NCBI GenBank assembly: GCA_001179505.1
Contig: CDMY01000227.1
Span: 248,001-312,000 of the forward strand
Source of the DNA: Vitrella brassicaformis CCMP3155
Taxonomy: Eukaryota > Protista > Chromerida
DNA length: 64,000 nucleotides
Direction: 5' to 3'
Part shown: in pieces, positions 11,454-22,857 of the stretch
Position numbering within the stretch: position 1 is the stretch's first letter
How the letters are laid out: the number at the start of each line of letters is the position of its first letter
Notes under the pieces: generated by a model
The model's input: the letters and a program-made list of their open reading frames with translations, nothing else
Databases searched by the model: none
Told to the model about the DNA's origin: nothing
Position numbers and translations under genes: made by a program

Positions 11454-14400
11454 ATGCAGAAGATGGGGCCTGTGAGCTTTGAGCTGCCGGCCGACAGTCC
11501 AGTGAGGCCTGTTGTCATCATTGCGCCGCCACTCGAAGGTGGGAGCCCGGGACGGAAGAAAAAATCGTCAGAGTATGTGTCGTGCCAACGGGAAGACGAG
11601 AGGCTGCGACGGGCGCTAGACCGCGTCTATAAGAGACCTGATGACGCCGCAACGACAGGCAGCGGCAAAAGAGCCCTGCCCACGGAAGGCATGCACACAC
11701 TCTTCTTCCAGGTAATCATATGCGACCTTCCGTCTTCAGCCATGCATTTCTCTTCTTCTTGTGTGTCACCCAGGCTTTATCGAGAAGAATTGAGGCTGAG
11801 ATATGCCGACTCTTTCACTACCGAGGGGCAGGTACACAAGTCTTGCCGCCAGCGCCACGAGATAGATTTGAGTGCTTTCCTTTCCCGGCTGTCTGCAACT
11901 ACAGAGGCTCTCGACATTGTCCAGTCGGTGCTGCCCAAGCACTACGATGGCCTGCATCAATCGGTGAGGGGGCTTATCAGAGACAAGCTGGCGCCGCAGA
12001 GGTCCCTCGTGAAGGCCGCAAAGAACGTTTTAGCGCCCATCCGCCGATACATGGCTTGGATGGAAGGATGGCTCAGCAAGCTGACGGCTGCTGGAGGGGG
12101 ATTGCAAGAGGGGCAGCTGGGTCAAGAAAGGGGCTTTGAGATGGAGCACACTCTTCACCTCACTGACCAACTCGACGAGCAACAAAAACAGGTAGCATGC
12201 AGGTACTCATATGTGTGATCTTGGCGAAAGGTCTTTTCTGTCGCCTTTCCATCAGATAACTTCTCTCGAAGAACGGTTGGTGGAGTACCAGCAGATCCTC
12301 CACGTAATGCTCGCAGAGGCACAGTGCTTGGTGTCCTGTCACACACCAGCCATTGTTCTCTTTTCCCGTGTCTCACTTTGGCAGGATTGTCGGCATGCGT
12401 ACTGGAAGCAGATCTGCCTCCTTTCCTCCCTGCAACCCGCAGACCACAGCCCGAGCCCTCACCCATTTGAGAAACAGCTCACCTTTCTTCAAGGCAACAA
12501 CGCGCCGACCACACCTTTCACCAGCGCCGCGCTTCAAGCCACATTCTCTCCTCGGAGTGAGCCGGCAACGATGCGAGGCCTTCGGCCTATATCGGCGCCG
12601 GCGCCTGGCGTCTCTGCAGACGTCACTTTGTCCATGCTGGAAACCGACACATTATGGCAGGACATGGGAGCGGAGGCGATGGATGGGGAGAGAGTCCACG
12701 ATGTGCAGTTTTTCGACCCTGAGAAATTTGTTGTGGAGGATGACACACAAGTACGGAAAGGCTTTCCTTTACACAGACACCTTGCACAATTGCGTGATGA
12801 CCCTTCTTTCACTCTCTCCCTGCGTGTGTCGATCTGTCAGCCCAGTCGCGTCAAAGAGCTGGAAGAGACAGTTTCTCGCCTTGAGACGCAGCTGCAGACA
12901 GTCAAGCAGACGCTCGAGCGGACGAAGGACGAGAAGAAGTACATATCGGACAAGTGCGACTCGCTGATGGACCTGCTTGCCACTCAAAAGAAGGATGCAG
13001 AAATTCGACAGAAGAAGAGCGTCCAAGTGTGGATGGAGCGGGCACAGGTGGGCTCTGTCTCCACAAAGAGGGCAATGACAGTCAGCGTGAAAGACTCTTT
13101 CCGTCCGTGTCTCTCAGATGATTGCTGAGGATACTTACGCTTGGGAACTCAAATGCATACGGCTGACGGAGGAGCAGGAACGGAAATCGCAAAAGGCACA
13201 GAGCCAAATCAGGTAGGAGGCAAAGTGGTCATATCATATATCGAAGTAAGTCGGTGCTTACTCTCATTCTGGTTCTCAGAAAGCTAGAGGAGACAATCGA
13301 AAACCTCCAGCAGGGCAAACAGGCCCTGGTTGAGCGGATTGATGACTTCACTGCGACGCTTTCGAGGTCAGAAGCATGCAGATGTGTCGACACGTCCAGT
13401 GATGCTTAGTGATGCTTGCTGTCTCTGTTCTCAGGCGGAATGCGCTGATATCTGATATGCGCGCCAATGTCCGGCGACTGGCCAAGCGGGTCCTCGTGGG
13501 TGCCCGCTATCTCGATGAAAACGAATGGGTCAGAGAACACCTAGCGCCTGAAGACATACAGCGTGAGTAAATTAGCAGCAGCTGTCAATGCATCGCAGAA
13601 TGTCGCTTTTGTGTGTCCAGTGGCGGATAGGTCAAGTGGCGGTGAAGATGTCAGGGCCCACATACGGCAGCTAGAACGGGAGAATGAAGACTTGAGGCAG
13701 CAGCTGGAAGCGGCTGAGGTGTGCGAGAAAAAAAACGTGGTCTACGTGAGTGCTCGATTGTCGATGTCTCCCGATCTTGCAGGCGGCAATTCGCAAGTCT
13801 GGCAGAGCTCTGATGGGTAGACCTTCAACAGTGGCCAACAAAGGCAGCCAGACGATGGCCCTCCCTGCACCGCCACCATCCATCGAGGAGGCCATCTCTC
13901 TGCAGATCGTCCAGCAGATAGCCGAACCCATAGAGGCAGTTGAAGAGTCCTCGGAGGCGGAGGAGACTGCTGCTGATTTGCCGGAAACGACCGTGGCGCA
14001 TCAAGATGAAGAGACGCAAACAGAGGGGAAGGCAAAGGAAGTCGAGGAGATACACGAGACACAGGTACGCGGCAATGACCGCTTCACATCTGGCCATTCT
14101 CTGCATGAATTCGTGATTGGATAGGAGCGCGGTATTGAAACGGAGGATCTGCTTCTGCCAGAAACACCACCTCGAGAACCCGAGACCATCATTCTGCGGA
14201 AACTGCCCAGCAACGTCACTGAGATATCCGATGGGCAAGTGACTCAGCTGTTGGGCCTTTGCGATGGCCTGCTGCGGACCGAAAGAACGGCCCCTCGAAT
14301 CCACCAATGGGTGCAGCAGTTCTTTCCTGTCGAATCAGAAATACCGGCACCTGCAGCGGCCAAGGAAGAAGAAGAGGAGAAGCCGACCGTCGAGCCCGTG

Positions 14401-17400
14401 TTGCCCAAGCAGCCCTCATTCCCGCCCGTGGCGCCTGCACCTTCTTCCCTGCCGGAATTGGCCGAGCGATCGTGTCAAACGGACCCCATAGATGAGAAGA
14501 AAACGCCTCGATATAGCCCTCGAGTGGAGCCTCAGCCTCCGTCTCGTGGGCCGTCGGAGAAGCTCGCTGTTCCACCACTGAGCCAGAGTATGGATGAGAG
14601 GCTGAAGTTGCGGAGCATCCTGGTCATGATGAAGGGTGTTGCACGAGCCGTTCACGAGTCCAAGAGGGCCTCTGTGGCTCTGTCGGACGACGCTGTGCGG
14701 AGACGGGCTCCATCTATCGCAGACCTTGTGACTGCGGCGCTCTATAGATCGAGACATGGATCAATACCTGAGGCACGGTCGCGATGGGACATGGTGAAAG
14801 CATCGATGCTGTCTCCATATTACCGCTTCCCCACACCTGAGGGAGGCTCATTCTCATTCTCTTCAGCCTCAGCATCGTCTAGCAGCGCCACTCCCGGCGA
14901 GAAGGCTTCAGCCAAGGCCTCTCCGAGGGTGGACATGTCTGCTATTGAGAAGGTCCGAGCTGAGATAACGACGGAAGACATCGCCAAAGCACAGGCCGAA
15001 GAGGAGGGAAAGAGCGGAGCATCAGGATGTGAGGCCAGCTCCAGCTCTGCCTGGGAAGGGCTTAGGAAGCGCCGTAAACAAAGGGTGCCGACTGTCAAGA
15101 AGGTGTCGGCAGCCCTTGGCGTGCTGGGCTTCAAGACTGAAGAGCCAGGCCCGGACGACGACCAAGACGAGAAGGATGAGGTGGATCTACCAGGGGCAAA
15201 GCCACTCCAACGCTCAAGCGTCCCGAGGTTGGAGATTATCAGTGATGACGCAGCCGGACTGACAGCCGCAGGGCCACCGCTTGGTGAAGAGGATCTGAGA
15301 ATTGAGGATCTGGATGCTGTTATGGAGTACACTACGTTGATTGACGAAGTCTCGCATCTCAGGTAGTCGAGCACTAGCTTTCGCCCTTACAACTGTTTGT
15401 CTGCCTCATCGGTGTCATCCACTTCTTTGGATGCACACAGGGTGAAAGCTATGGCACACGAGGACCTCTGTAGCCATCTGGCTCGTACTGAGTCGCAGCA
15501 AGCCACGACAGAAGAGCAGACTCCCTCGATCGCTGGACCGTCAGAAGCAGTGGAGGAGGCCAGGGGAGCCCCGGGGCGGACGGCGGACGCCCTTAAAATG
15601 GCAGAATTAAGACGCCAGAACCAGCAACTCCTCATGAGAGTGAGCCAAGATTAAACATGTCTGTTTGCAAAAGATGTGTCTTGCGCTTTTCTTTAGTGTC
15701 TGTGGTTGACCGAGAAGCTCGTTCAGCTAAAGCCGAGACACCTGGATCTCAGTACCAAAACATGGACTTCCCCGTCCGCAGCACCACCACGTCTCGCAGT
15801 CTCGGAAGCTCCTCAGATGACCACATCAATCACTGCTTCCACCATTCCACTGGTCTCACAGGAGGGCGCCGCAAAGCCGGTGCGCTTCCATGAGACGCAA
15901 AGGGTCGCTGGTCGGCAGGCAGAGGAGAGACGGTCGGTCAGCACACTGCAGCCTGACGAGACGCCCCAGACCGCTTCTCGGCGCAGATCATCCCGATTTG
16001 ACAAGCAGGGCAGGTCCTGTCCTCTGCTCGCCTTGTTCTCGGAGTCACTGGCGAAGAGGGCTCAGGCTGAGTCTGGCGGCACAGAGGCTGAGGACAGTAA
16101 AGAACTGCAGTCGCTGTGGAAAGACACCCTGAAATCCCTGTCTCTTCTGGAGCCCTCACTATTGCCTGAGGAAGCACGTGAGGAACGACCGAAAACTGAG
16201 CAGCCCGGGAGAATGCGCGTCACGATTCACAACACCCCTTTCGGTGATCTGTCGAGGGAAGAGCACAGCCAGTGGCTCACCCCATCCGAGGCCACGCCTT
16301 TCATCGACAGCAGCCTGAAGTACTCGAGCTCACATCTCCCCCTCAGCCCCACTGTCCCTCGTCGCGTCTCAACGACGGCTCCTGCACGACAGCGACCCAT
16401 GCAGACATCAGAGACGCGGCAGAGGCAGGAGAAGCCTGCTGCTGCTGCTGCAGAACCTGCTGGGGCCTACGAGCGATTCCCACCTTCACTTGTTATAATT
16501 CCCCAGCCTGGCAGGGAAGGCAGTCGGCCGCAATCAGCAAAAGCGGCCACAGATACTTCTGTTCTACAGCTGGTCGTGGGCGAGGCTGGCCGCACGTGCG
16601 ACGAAGAAGAGAGAACGGCAAGCCCCGAAGGAGGATCAAGTGCAATCGCAGCGTCTGCTTCCGCCCAATCGTCGAGGCCCAGCAGTCCCGCATTCCATGC
16701 CACCAAGCTGCGGAAGAAGTCAGAACCCCAGGATACCGATGATGAGCTGCTATTCTTGTCTCAAGTCGAGTCGGCTGTGTCTCCAAGGGACCGCAAGCGT
16801 GGCAGCTCGAAGAGCCTCTCCAGCGCCGTTGCATCGCCTGAAAGCCGTGGGAAGACCGGCTCCACTGTGCTTCGTCCTTCGTTCGCTCTGTCTGCTGATG
16901 AGGCGATGCACTCAGACGAGCCGCTTTCGTCCTGCTGGCACATGCAGCCACCCCCTCCGCTACCAAGCCTCGCCGAGAGACCTGCTGACGCCTCACCAAC
17001 CAGAGCCAAGACCGCCTCCACGTCACCACCATCTCGCGGGCGGCACGCAAGCATGGCGTCGGCATCCTCAGGCGAGGAACTGCCCCCAATCCATCAACAG
17101 TCAAGGCCAGACGTCAGCCAGCGCAGCCAGCGAAGAGCACAGTACGAGACGATCAGAGACGCAGTGGTTGGTGGGGTTGAGGGAAGGAGCCAAGAGCAGG
17201 GGCAGTCAGTGGTGATGAGTGGGCTGTCTCTGCATGAAGGGATAGCAGCCAGCAGGGGCAGGGGTAGAGCAGAGGAGCGGGGGAGAGAGGTCAGGCAAGG
17301 GGCGGGGGCCACGCAGGAGTATCCCGAGAAGAGGCAGACCAGGACAATGCGAGTCTCTGCTTTGCAAGAACAAGCACTGCAGCGGTTCACACGGCCCACG

Positions 17401-17433
17401 CCGCCTCGGCAGCTGCTACGTACTGGACTGTGA
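11454..17433 (+). CDS. Large hypothetical protein: N-terminal coiled-coil, then extensive Ser/Glu/Pro/Ala-rich disordered regions; multi-exon
   Basis: Chain of long + strand ORFs (11451-12218, 12211-13128, 13750-14124, 14239-15366, 15397-15654, 15706-17433) joined by short GT-AG introns. Heptad segments include RVKELEETVSRLETQLQTVKQTLERTK. No family recognised. Confidence 0.6.
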
Positions 17434-17654
17434 GTTGTGCCGTGTTTCGTACCGCCATTGTAAGAGACAATTTTGCTTTCCGTTTCACGACAATTTGGTG
17501 ATCACACAGTGCGTTGTCTGGCACTGGCATCTCCTTTTGAGGCTGGCAACCGACGGAATGTGTGGGCATGCCTGTGAGCGGTGACGAGTGGCGGGGGACA
17601 GGGCACCTGGTAAACTCTAAATCGCTTGTAAACTCCAGTTCTTGTGCCCAAAAA

Positions 17655-18652
17655 ATGGAAGATCAGTTGGCGAAGTTGCGGCAGCAGGTAGCGGAGAGGG
17701 ATGCGCACATCCAGGCCCTCTTCCAGGAGCGCAAAAACGCCAACGACAAGAACATGCGGGAGATGGCCTCACTCGTCAACAACCTCTCTCAGTCCCAACA
17801 CATAGAGCAGCAGCTCCGCCAGCAGCACCAGGCACGCACGACAACACACCGACCGAACCATCCAGGAAGCCCATCCATCCATCCATCCATCCCAATATTG
17901 ATCCATCCATCCTGTCATTCTGTGTATGGTGCAGATGGAGCGTGATAGGTACCTGGAGAATGAATTGGAGCTGTCATCGGAGTTGGAGGCCGCCCACAAC
18001 ACCATCCGCACGCTGCAGGAGGAGCTCCGCCGGCTCCAGAGCGAGAGCCAGACGCTCCAGCACGCCTACGAGGACCAGATCGCATCCCTCAACACAGACC
18101 TCGAGAGGGCCGCCAAACAACTCAAGGAGGCCCAAAACGCCAGACGCGCATCGTCCACTAGCGAAAGGTACACACTGGTCGGCGGCAACCCCATCCATGG
18201 ATGGATGGATGGATGGATGTGCCGTCCCTGTCTGTGGTGCAGTGTGTGTGTGCGTCAGGAGGACAAGGAGGGGCTGCTGCGGCGGATGGAGGCCGAGTGG
18301 TGCGTGATAGACGAGGTATTCGACAGGGACATCAACCAGTCCAGCAGCAGTGCGGCTGCCGCTGCCTGTGCGGGGGAGGTGAAGAGGGCGCCCACACGCG
18401 GGAAGGGCGGCATGCAGCAGTTTGCTTGGGTGTGGGGGATGCTCGACGTATAGAAGAGCTGCAGCGGTATGGTAGCTACCGAGGTTGGAGGGAGGGATGG
18501 AGGGAGGGAGAGAGGGTGTGGAGAGGGTATGGTAGCTGGGGTGCGTCAGGCAGGCAGACCAGAAGACTTTTCTTGACAGATGGATGCATTGCACGTCCAA
18601 ACAGCCAGCCATCCGTGGTTTGTTTAAGCATGGTACCACCATGGCGCCTTGA
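17655..18652 (+). CDS. Hypothetical coiled-coil protein; multi-exon
   Basis: MEDQLAKLRQQVAERDAHIQALFQERK...ELEAAHNTIRTLQEELRRLQSESQTLQHAYEDQIASL. The first intron has a GC donor at 17832. Could not be spliced in frame to the upstream gene. Confidence 0.6.
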
Positions 18653-18888
18653 GCGTTCGATCAGTGCACGCATCGCATCACGCACCACCATAAACAACAC
18701 AACACACCTGATGTATGTGTGTCCCTAATTATCACACGGAAAGAAAGAACCGCGCACCACCCACCACCACCACCACCTCCGCCACCAGATGATGTTGGAT
18801 GAGTTGTCAAATGAATGGCACACTCCCTCACAAACAGCCAGGCAGTGCAGAAAGCGCATACATGTATTTTTGTATATGTGTGGCCTAA

Positions 18889-19313
18889 TTACGAATTGTG
18901 TGTGGGGGGGTGGCTCCAGCCTTTGGGTACCTCCACTTGCTCCCTCGCGCCATCCTTGCGCACCGACCGCATCACCGCATCCAACACAGACTGACCACAC
19001 AACACCCACACACCCACACACGACCACACAGTGTCTACGCACACACAAGGAAGTCGGCTGCGTGTGCGTGTGTCTCAGCACATGTGCGCACCTGCGTCTG
19101 AATGGACACGTGTGGCCAGAAGAGATCCGCCTGCTTGCCGCTTCTGATGTGCTTGACACAGTCGGCGAAGTTCTCGATCATCCTCTGCTCCTGCCGGCAG
19201 CCCTGGAAGCGGTAAGTGTCGATCCTCGACGCAACGCGGCAGTGCCGATCGATGAGCGGACCCGCAACAGGGAAGGACTCCAGCTGCAGCCGCCCATACA
19301 CATAGTCGGATGG

Positions 19314-19359
<46 letters not shown>

Positions 19360-20708
19360 GCACCGCACCTGAAGGGACACTTCTGCCTCTGACCGAGCGA
19401 TGACAAAGTCGTCGAAGGTGATGACCCGCGTGTCACCGACGATCTCCACGTACTGCACATATGTGTGCACACACATGACATGACATGTGCACACACGGAT
19501 CCGCCCGACCCCCCCACCCACCTGTCTGTTGGGATGCAGGAAGGAGCAGTGGAAGGTCAGCACGTGGGGCGGCTCCAGGGTGTCCGGCTTGGCCTCCTCG
19601 AAAACCACCTCACCCGACACGTCAAGCGGGATGCCATCCGGCGTGCACACCGATGCGCGGGCGCACACGTACGTCGGCCATCGGTACTGGAATGCAACCA
19701 ACGCGATGCGGATACAGTACCTGCACAGACCAAGAGCACACCGTTGCTGATTGATTGGACAGTGCCGTGAGTGAATCGATGGGTGTTATTGGCCACGTCC
19801 ATACCATCCGAGGTCGCCCACACATCCGAGTGGGTCGCCGTCTGGCCTCGTGCTGACGACCACAGCCCACATGTCTGTCTCGTGCGGCACATATCCGTGG
19901 AATGACTGACCGGATGTCGCCCCCATTAAGGAAGGCCTGGCTGCCAGCGAAGGAGAAGTTGACGCCCACGCGCTTGACCGGGCCAAACAGGGGGTCGCCG
20001 ACCAGCGACGAGAGGCACTGCAGACGATCGTGGTGCATGAACATGACGCCATCCATGAATTGAAGCCCCTTGTCGCAGCACGCCTGCACGATCTTGAGCA
20101 GCTCCTCCAGATTCGTGGCGGTCGGTTTTTCAAGCAGAATGTGTTTCTTGGCCTCAGCCGCCTTCACCGCCCACTCGAGGTGGAGCCTGACCAGTGCACA
20201 ACACATCACCTCCCATCCCGATGCCTCCCAAACTTCGTGTGGGCATTCGTGAGTCTCACTTGGTGGGCAGCGGGATGTAGACGGCCTCGACCAGCGGGTC
20301 GTCTAGCAGCGCCTGGTAGCCCTCGATGGCCCTGGGCAGACTGCCGGTCTTGGTCTTGGTCTTGGCCCTGGTTGCCGTGATGAACTCGACGCATGAGCTG
20401 TGTGCCCGTGATGCACAGGCTGAGATATCGGCATTTGAAGACAGCTGGATGGCCCTGACGTTCTTCTGCGCAACTGCACAGCACAGCAGAGCAGAGCAGA
20501 GCAGCATCTTGTATTGTACGTGCATTTCAGTGAATCCGAGCTCCATGTGACTTACTAGCGGCGCAGCCGACGATGCCAAAACTGACGAGATCTGCAAGCA
20601 AACACAGACATAAACACACCATCTGCAGATCTGCCATGCCACGGCAGCTTTGGCTGTCACACTGCAGCTAACATTCACCGCACCTGTTTCAGCTCCTGAA
20701 GCGGCCAT
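18889..20708 (-). CDS. Gfo/Idh/MocA family NAD(P)-dependent oxidoreductase; multi-exon
   Basis: VSFGIVGCAAIAQKNVRAI; YQALLDDPLVEAVYIPLPT; HLEWAVKAAEAKKHILLEKP; FMDGVMFMHHDR; GCVGDLGWYGIR; ends QTQSVLDAVMRS...HNS*. Confidence 0.92.
19315..19358. repeat. Compound (TC)n(TG)n intronic microsatellite, representative of dozens in the window
   Basis: Directly visible. Similar tracts at about 265-312, 3211-3240, 41065-41102 and 52091-52116. Confidence 0.9.
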
Positions 20709-20755
20709 CTTCTTTCTCCTGGGCGGGTGGGAAGAACGCGCATCCCCCGCACGCT

Positions 20756-20776
20756 AAGCTCGCAGATTTGCGAGCT
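20756..20776. promoter_or_regulatory. Inverted pair of the candidate promoter motif (AGCTCGCA-gatt-TGCGAGCT) between divergent genes
   Basis: Perfect 8-bp inverted repeat 48 bp from the oxidoreductase ATG and about 155 bp from the LIN52-like ATG. Confidence 0.45.
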
Positions 20777-20930
20777 GTAGTAGGCCGAAAAAAGGAGGAG
20801 GAGTTAGAAGGAGGCGTTTCTTGGGGATGTGCTGATGGACGCGCTTGCGTACATGCATAGGGGTCACAGAGATCGGCTTCAGCCGTTTTCTTGACGCTTT
20901 CGTTTGCTTGCATCTCCCTCGGGCTCCTGC

Positions 20931-22584
20931 ATGGCGGACATGAGTCAAGGGTGAGCACACAGGATGAAACGGGAACCGCCAGCATGTCACAATCTGCAGA
21001 CGTGACGTATGTTGGTGTTTCAGGGTCCCCCCCGGCTCCTCGGCGCCTCCGCCTACCGCTGCTGCGGGCGGCGCCACTCAGCCGCCAGCGAGCAGTGTAC
21101 ACGCGGTTCCACCGTTGCCGGGTCGGCCAATGAATGCATCCACACATGCATGAACGCATGCATGGAACGCATGGCTCCCTCCTTCCTCCTATTCCCTCAG
21201 GTCCGTTTCCACCTCAAGTGTGCGGAGGTATGCCTCCTCCGCCAGACCATGACGCCGGTCCCTCACTGGCAGCCAAGCGGCCCAAATCGAAGGCCAAGAG
21301 CAAGGCCAAGCGCAAGTCGGCTGCCACCAGCAAGAAGAGGGCCGGTGCGGCGGGCAGACAGGCGGCCGTTATGCCGCCTGTTGCTGGCGGTGATATGTGG
21401 AATAGTGCTGGTGTTGGGCCTCCTGCTGGCGCGGCTGAGGTTGTGCCTCCTATGTCGTTGGCCATGGGGGTGCCCGTTCCCATGGGCGGAGTGGCGATGG
21501 GAGGGGTGCCTACGGGGGCCAGTCAGCCCATTGGTACGGGACGAATAAAAGGCGATGAGGGCGGCATATGTGTGTGCCATTCTTCTGTCTGCGTGCAGGC
21601 GAGCCTTCATCGTCAGCTTATGAGGCAGCAGGCAGCCCCCCTGCTGTGGCCGGCGGGGGCCTTCGGATGCCCATGTTCCTCCCCTCCAGCCCTCCCGCCC
21701 ATCCCCACCTGCAATTCCCCTCCTATCGCGGCCCTCCCCCGTCCTTCCCCCCACACATGCCGCCACACAGGTTTCCCCCACCCACTCTGCTGCGGGGCCG
21801 CTTCCCAGCGGCAGCAATGTCATATCCGCCCGGCCCGCCCCCTCCCTATTTCTTCCCACCGAGGGCCATGGTGGTCGACACGCGGCCGGCAGCACCGATA
21901 GCACCACCGGCAGCCAATGTGAAGATGGAGCAGGCGGCGAGTAGTGCTGTCGCTGGGGAGCAGCCCGCCGACAATAAAGTGTCGGCTGCTGCTGCTGCTG
22001 CTGGTGGTGGGGAGAAGCCGACTTTGCCGGACTATAACGGTGGACTGGTCAGTGAAATCCACAGATGGATGGATGGATGACACGTATGTATATGTGGGTG
22101 GTTGTGGCTGGTGTGTCCTTGTGTGTGTTCAGTCGTTGCCGCCCCCACTGAATGCGTCCGAGCGGATCCGGGAGCTCCACGAAGCACTCATGAAGAAGGC
22201 AAGTCCATGCTGCACACGACGCACCGACCGACCGTCTTGACTGACGTTCACATCAGCATGGGTATGTGTCTGCTTTCAACGTCAGGACGCGGAGGGCAGC
22301 GATTCGTATCTGCAGGCGCTCGAGAGGCTGCCGGGTGTCATTCGGCTGCAGAAGGCCAACGAACTGGAACTACTCGCATACCGACTGCAAGTTGAAGCTA
22401 GTGAGTCAGCCGACCGAGTACCAATTGTCACACACACAGACACACACACCTTCTTCGCTGTCGTGTTTCAGACGACGAGATGGCTCGCGGGAAACGCCTT
22501 CGCATTCTGCACACCGACACGGACAATGACGAGAGGCCCGAGGGGCGAGGGGCGAAGCGGACTATTGGGGAGAGGGACAGATGA
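20931..22584 (+). CDS. Pro/Ala-rich protein with a basic NLS-like segment and a C-terminal LIN52-like (MuvB/DREAM) helical signature
   Basis: Splice model gives AKRPKSKAKSKAKRK and the C-terminus YLQALERLPGVIRLQKANELELLAYRLQVEA|NDEMARGKRLRILH (exons 22286-22400 and 22472-22584). The LIN52 resemblance is from memory of the family. Confidence 0.65.
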
Positions 22585-22857
22585 GGGCTGCTGGCTTGGT
22601 GAGTGAGAGGAGGAGGGTCGGCTCAGACACTGTAGACGGTGTAGCTCATGTGTTGGCGATGAGACGAGATGAGATGGTCGGGGGACACAGTGTATGGTGT
22701 GGTGAATATATAAGTGGTGGACAATCTTCCTTGGATGCGCGTGAATGCGTAATGATGGGAAGGACGCTGTCGTCTTTTCTGCCTTGGAAGTCTGCTCCTC
22801 CGTAATGCAGTGATCTTGAGACACTCGGCGAGACACACATCGCTGGCCGCATGCAGA

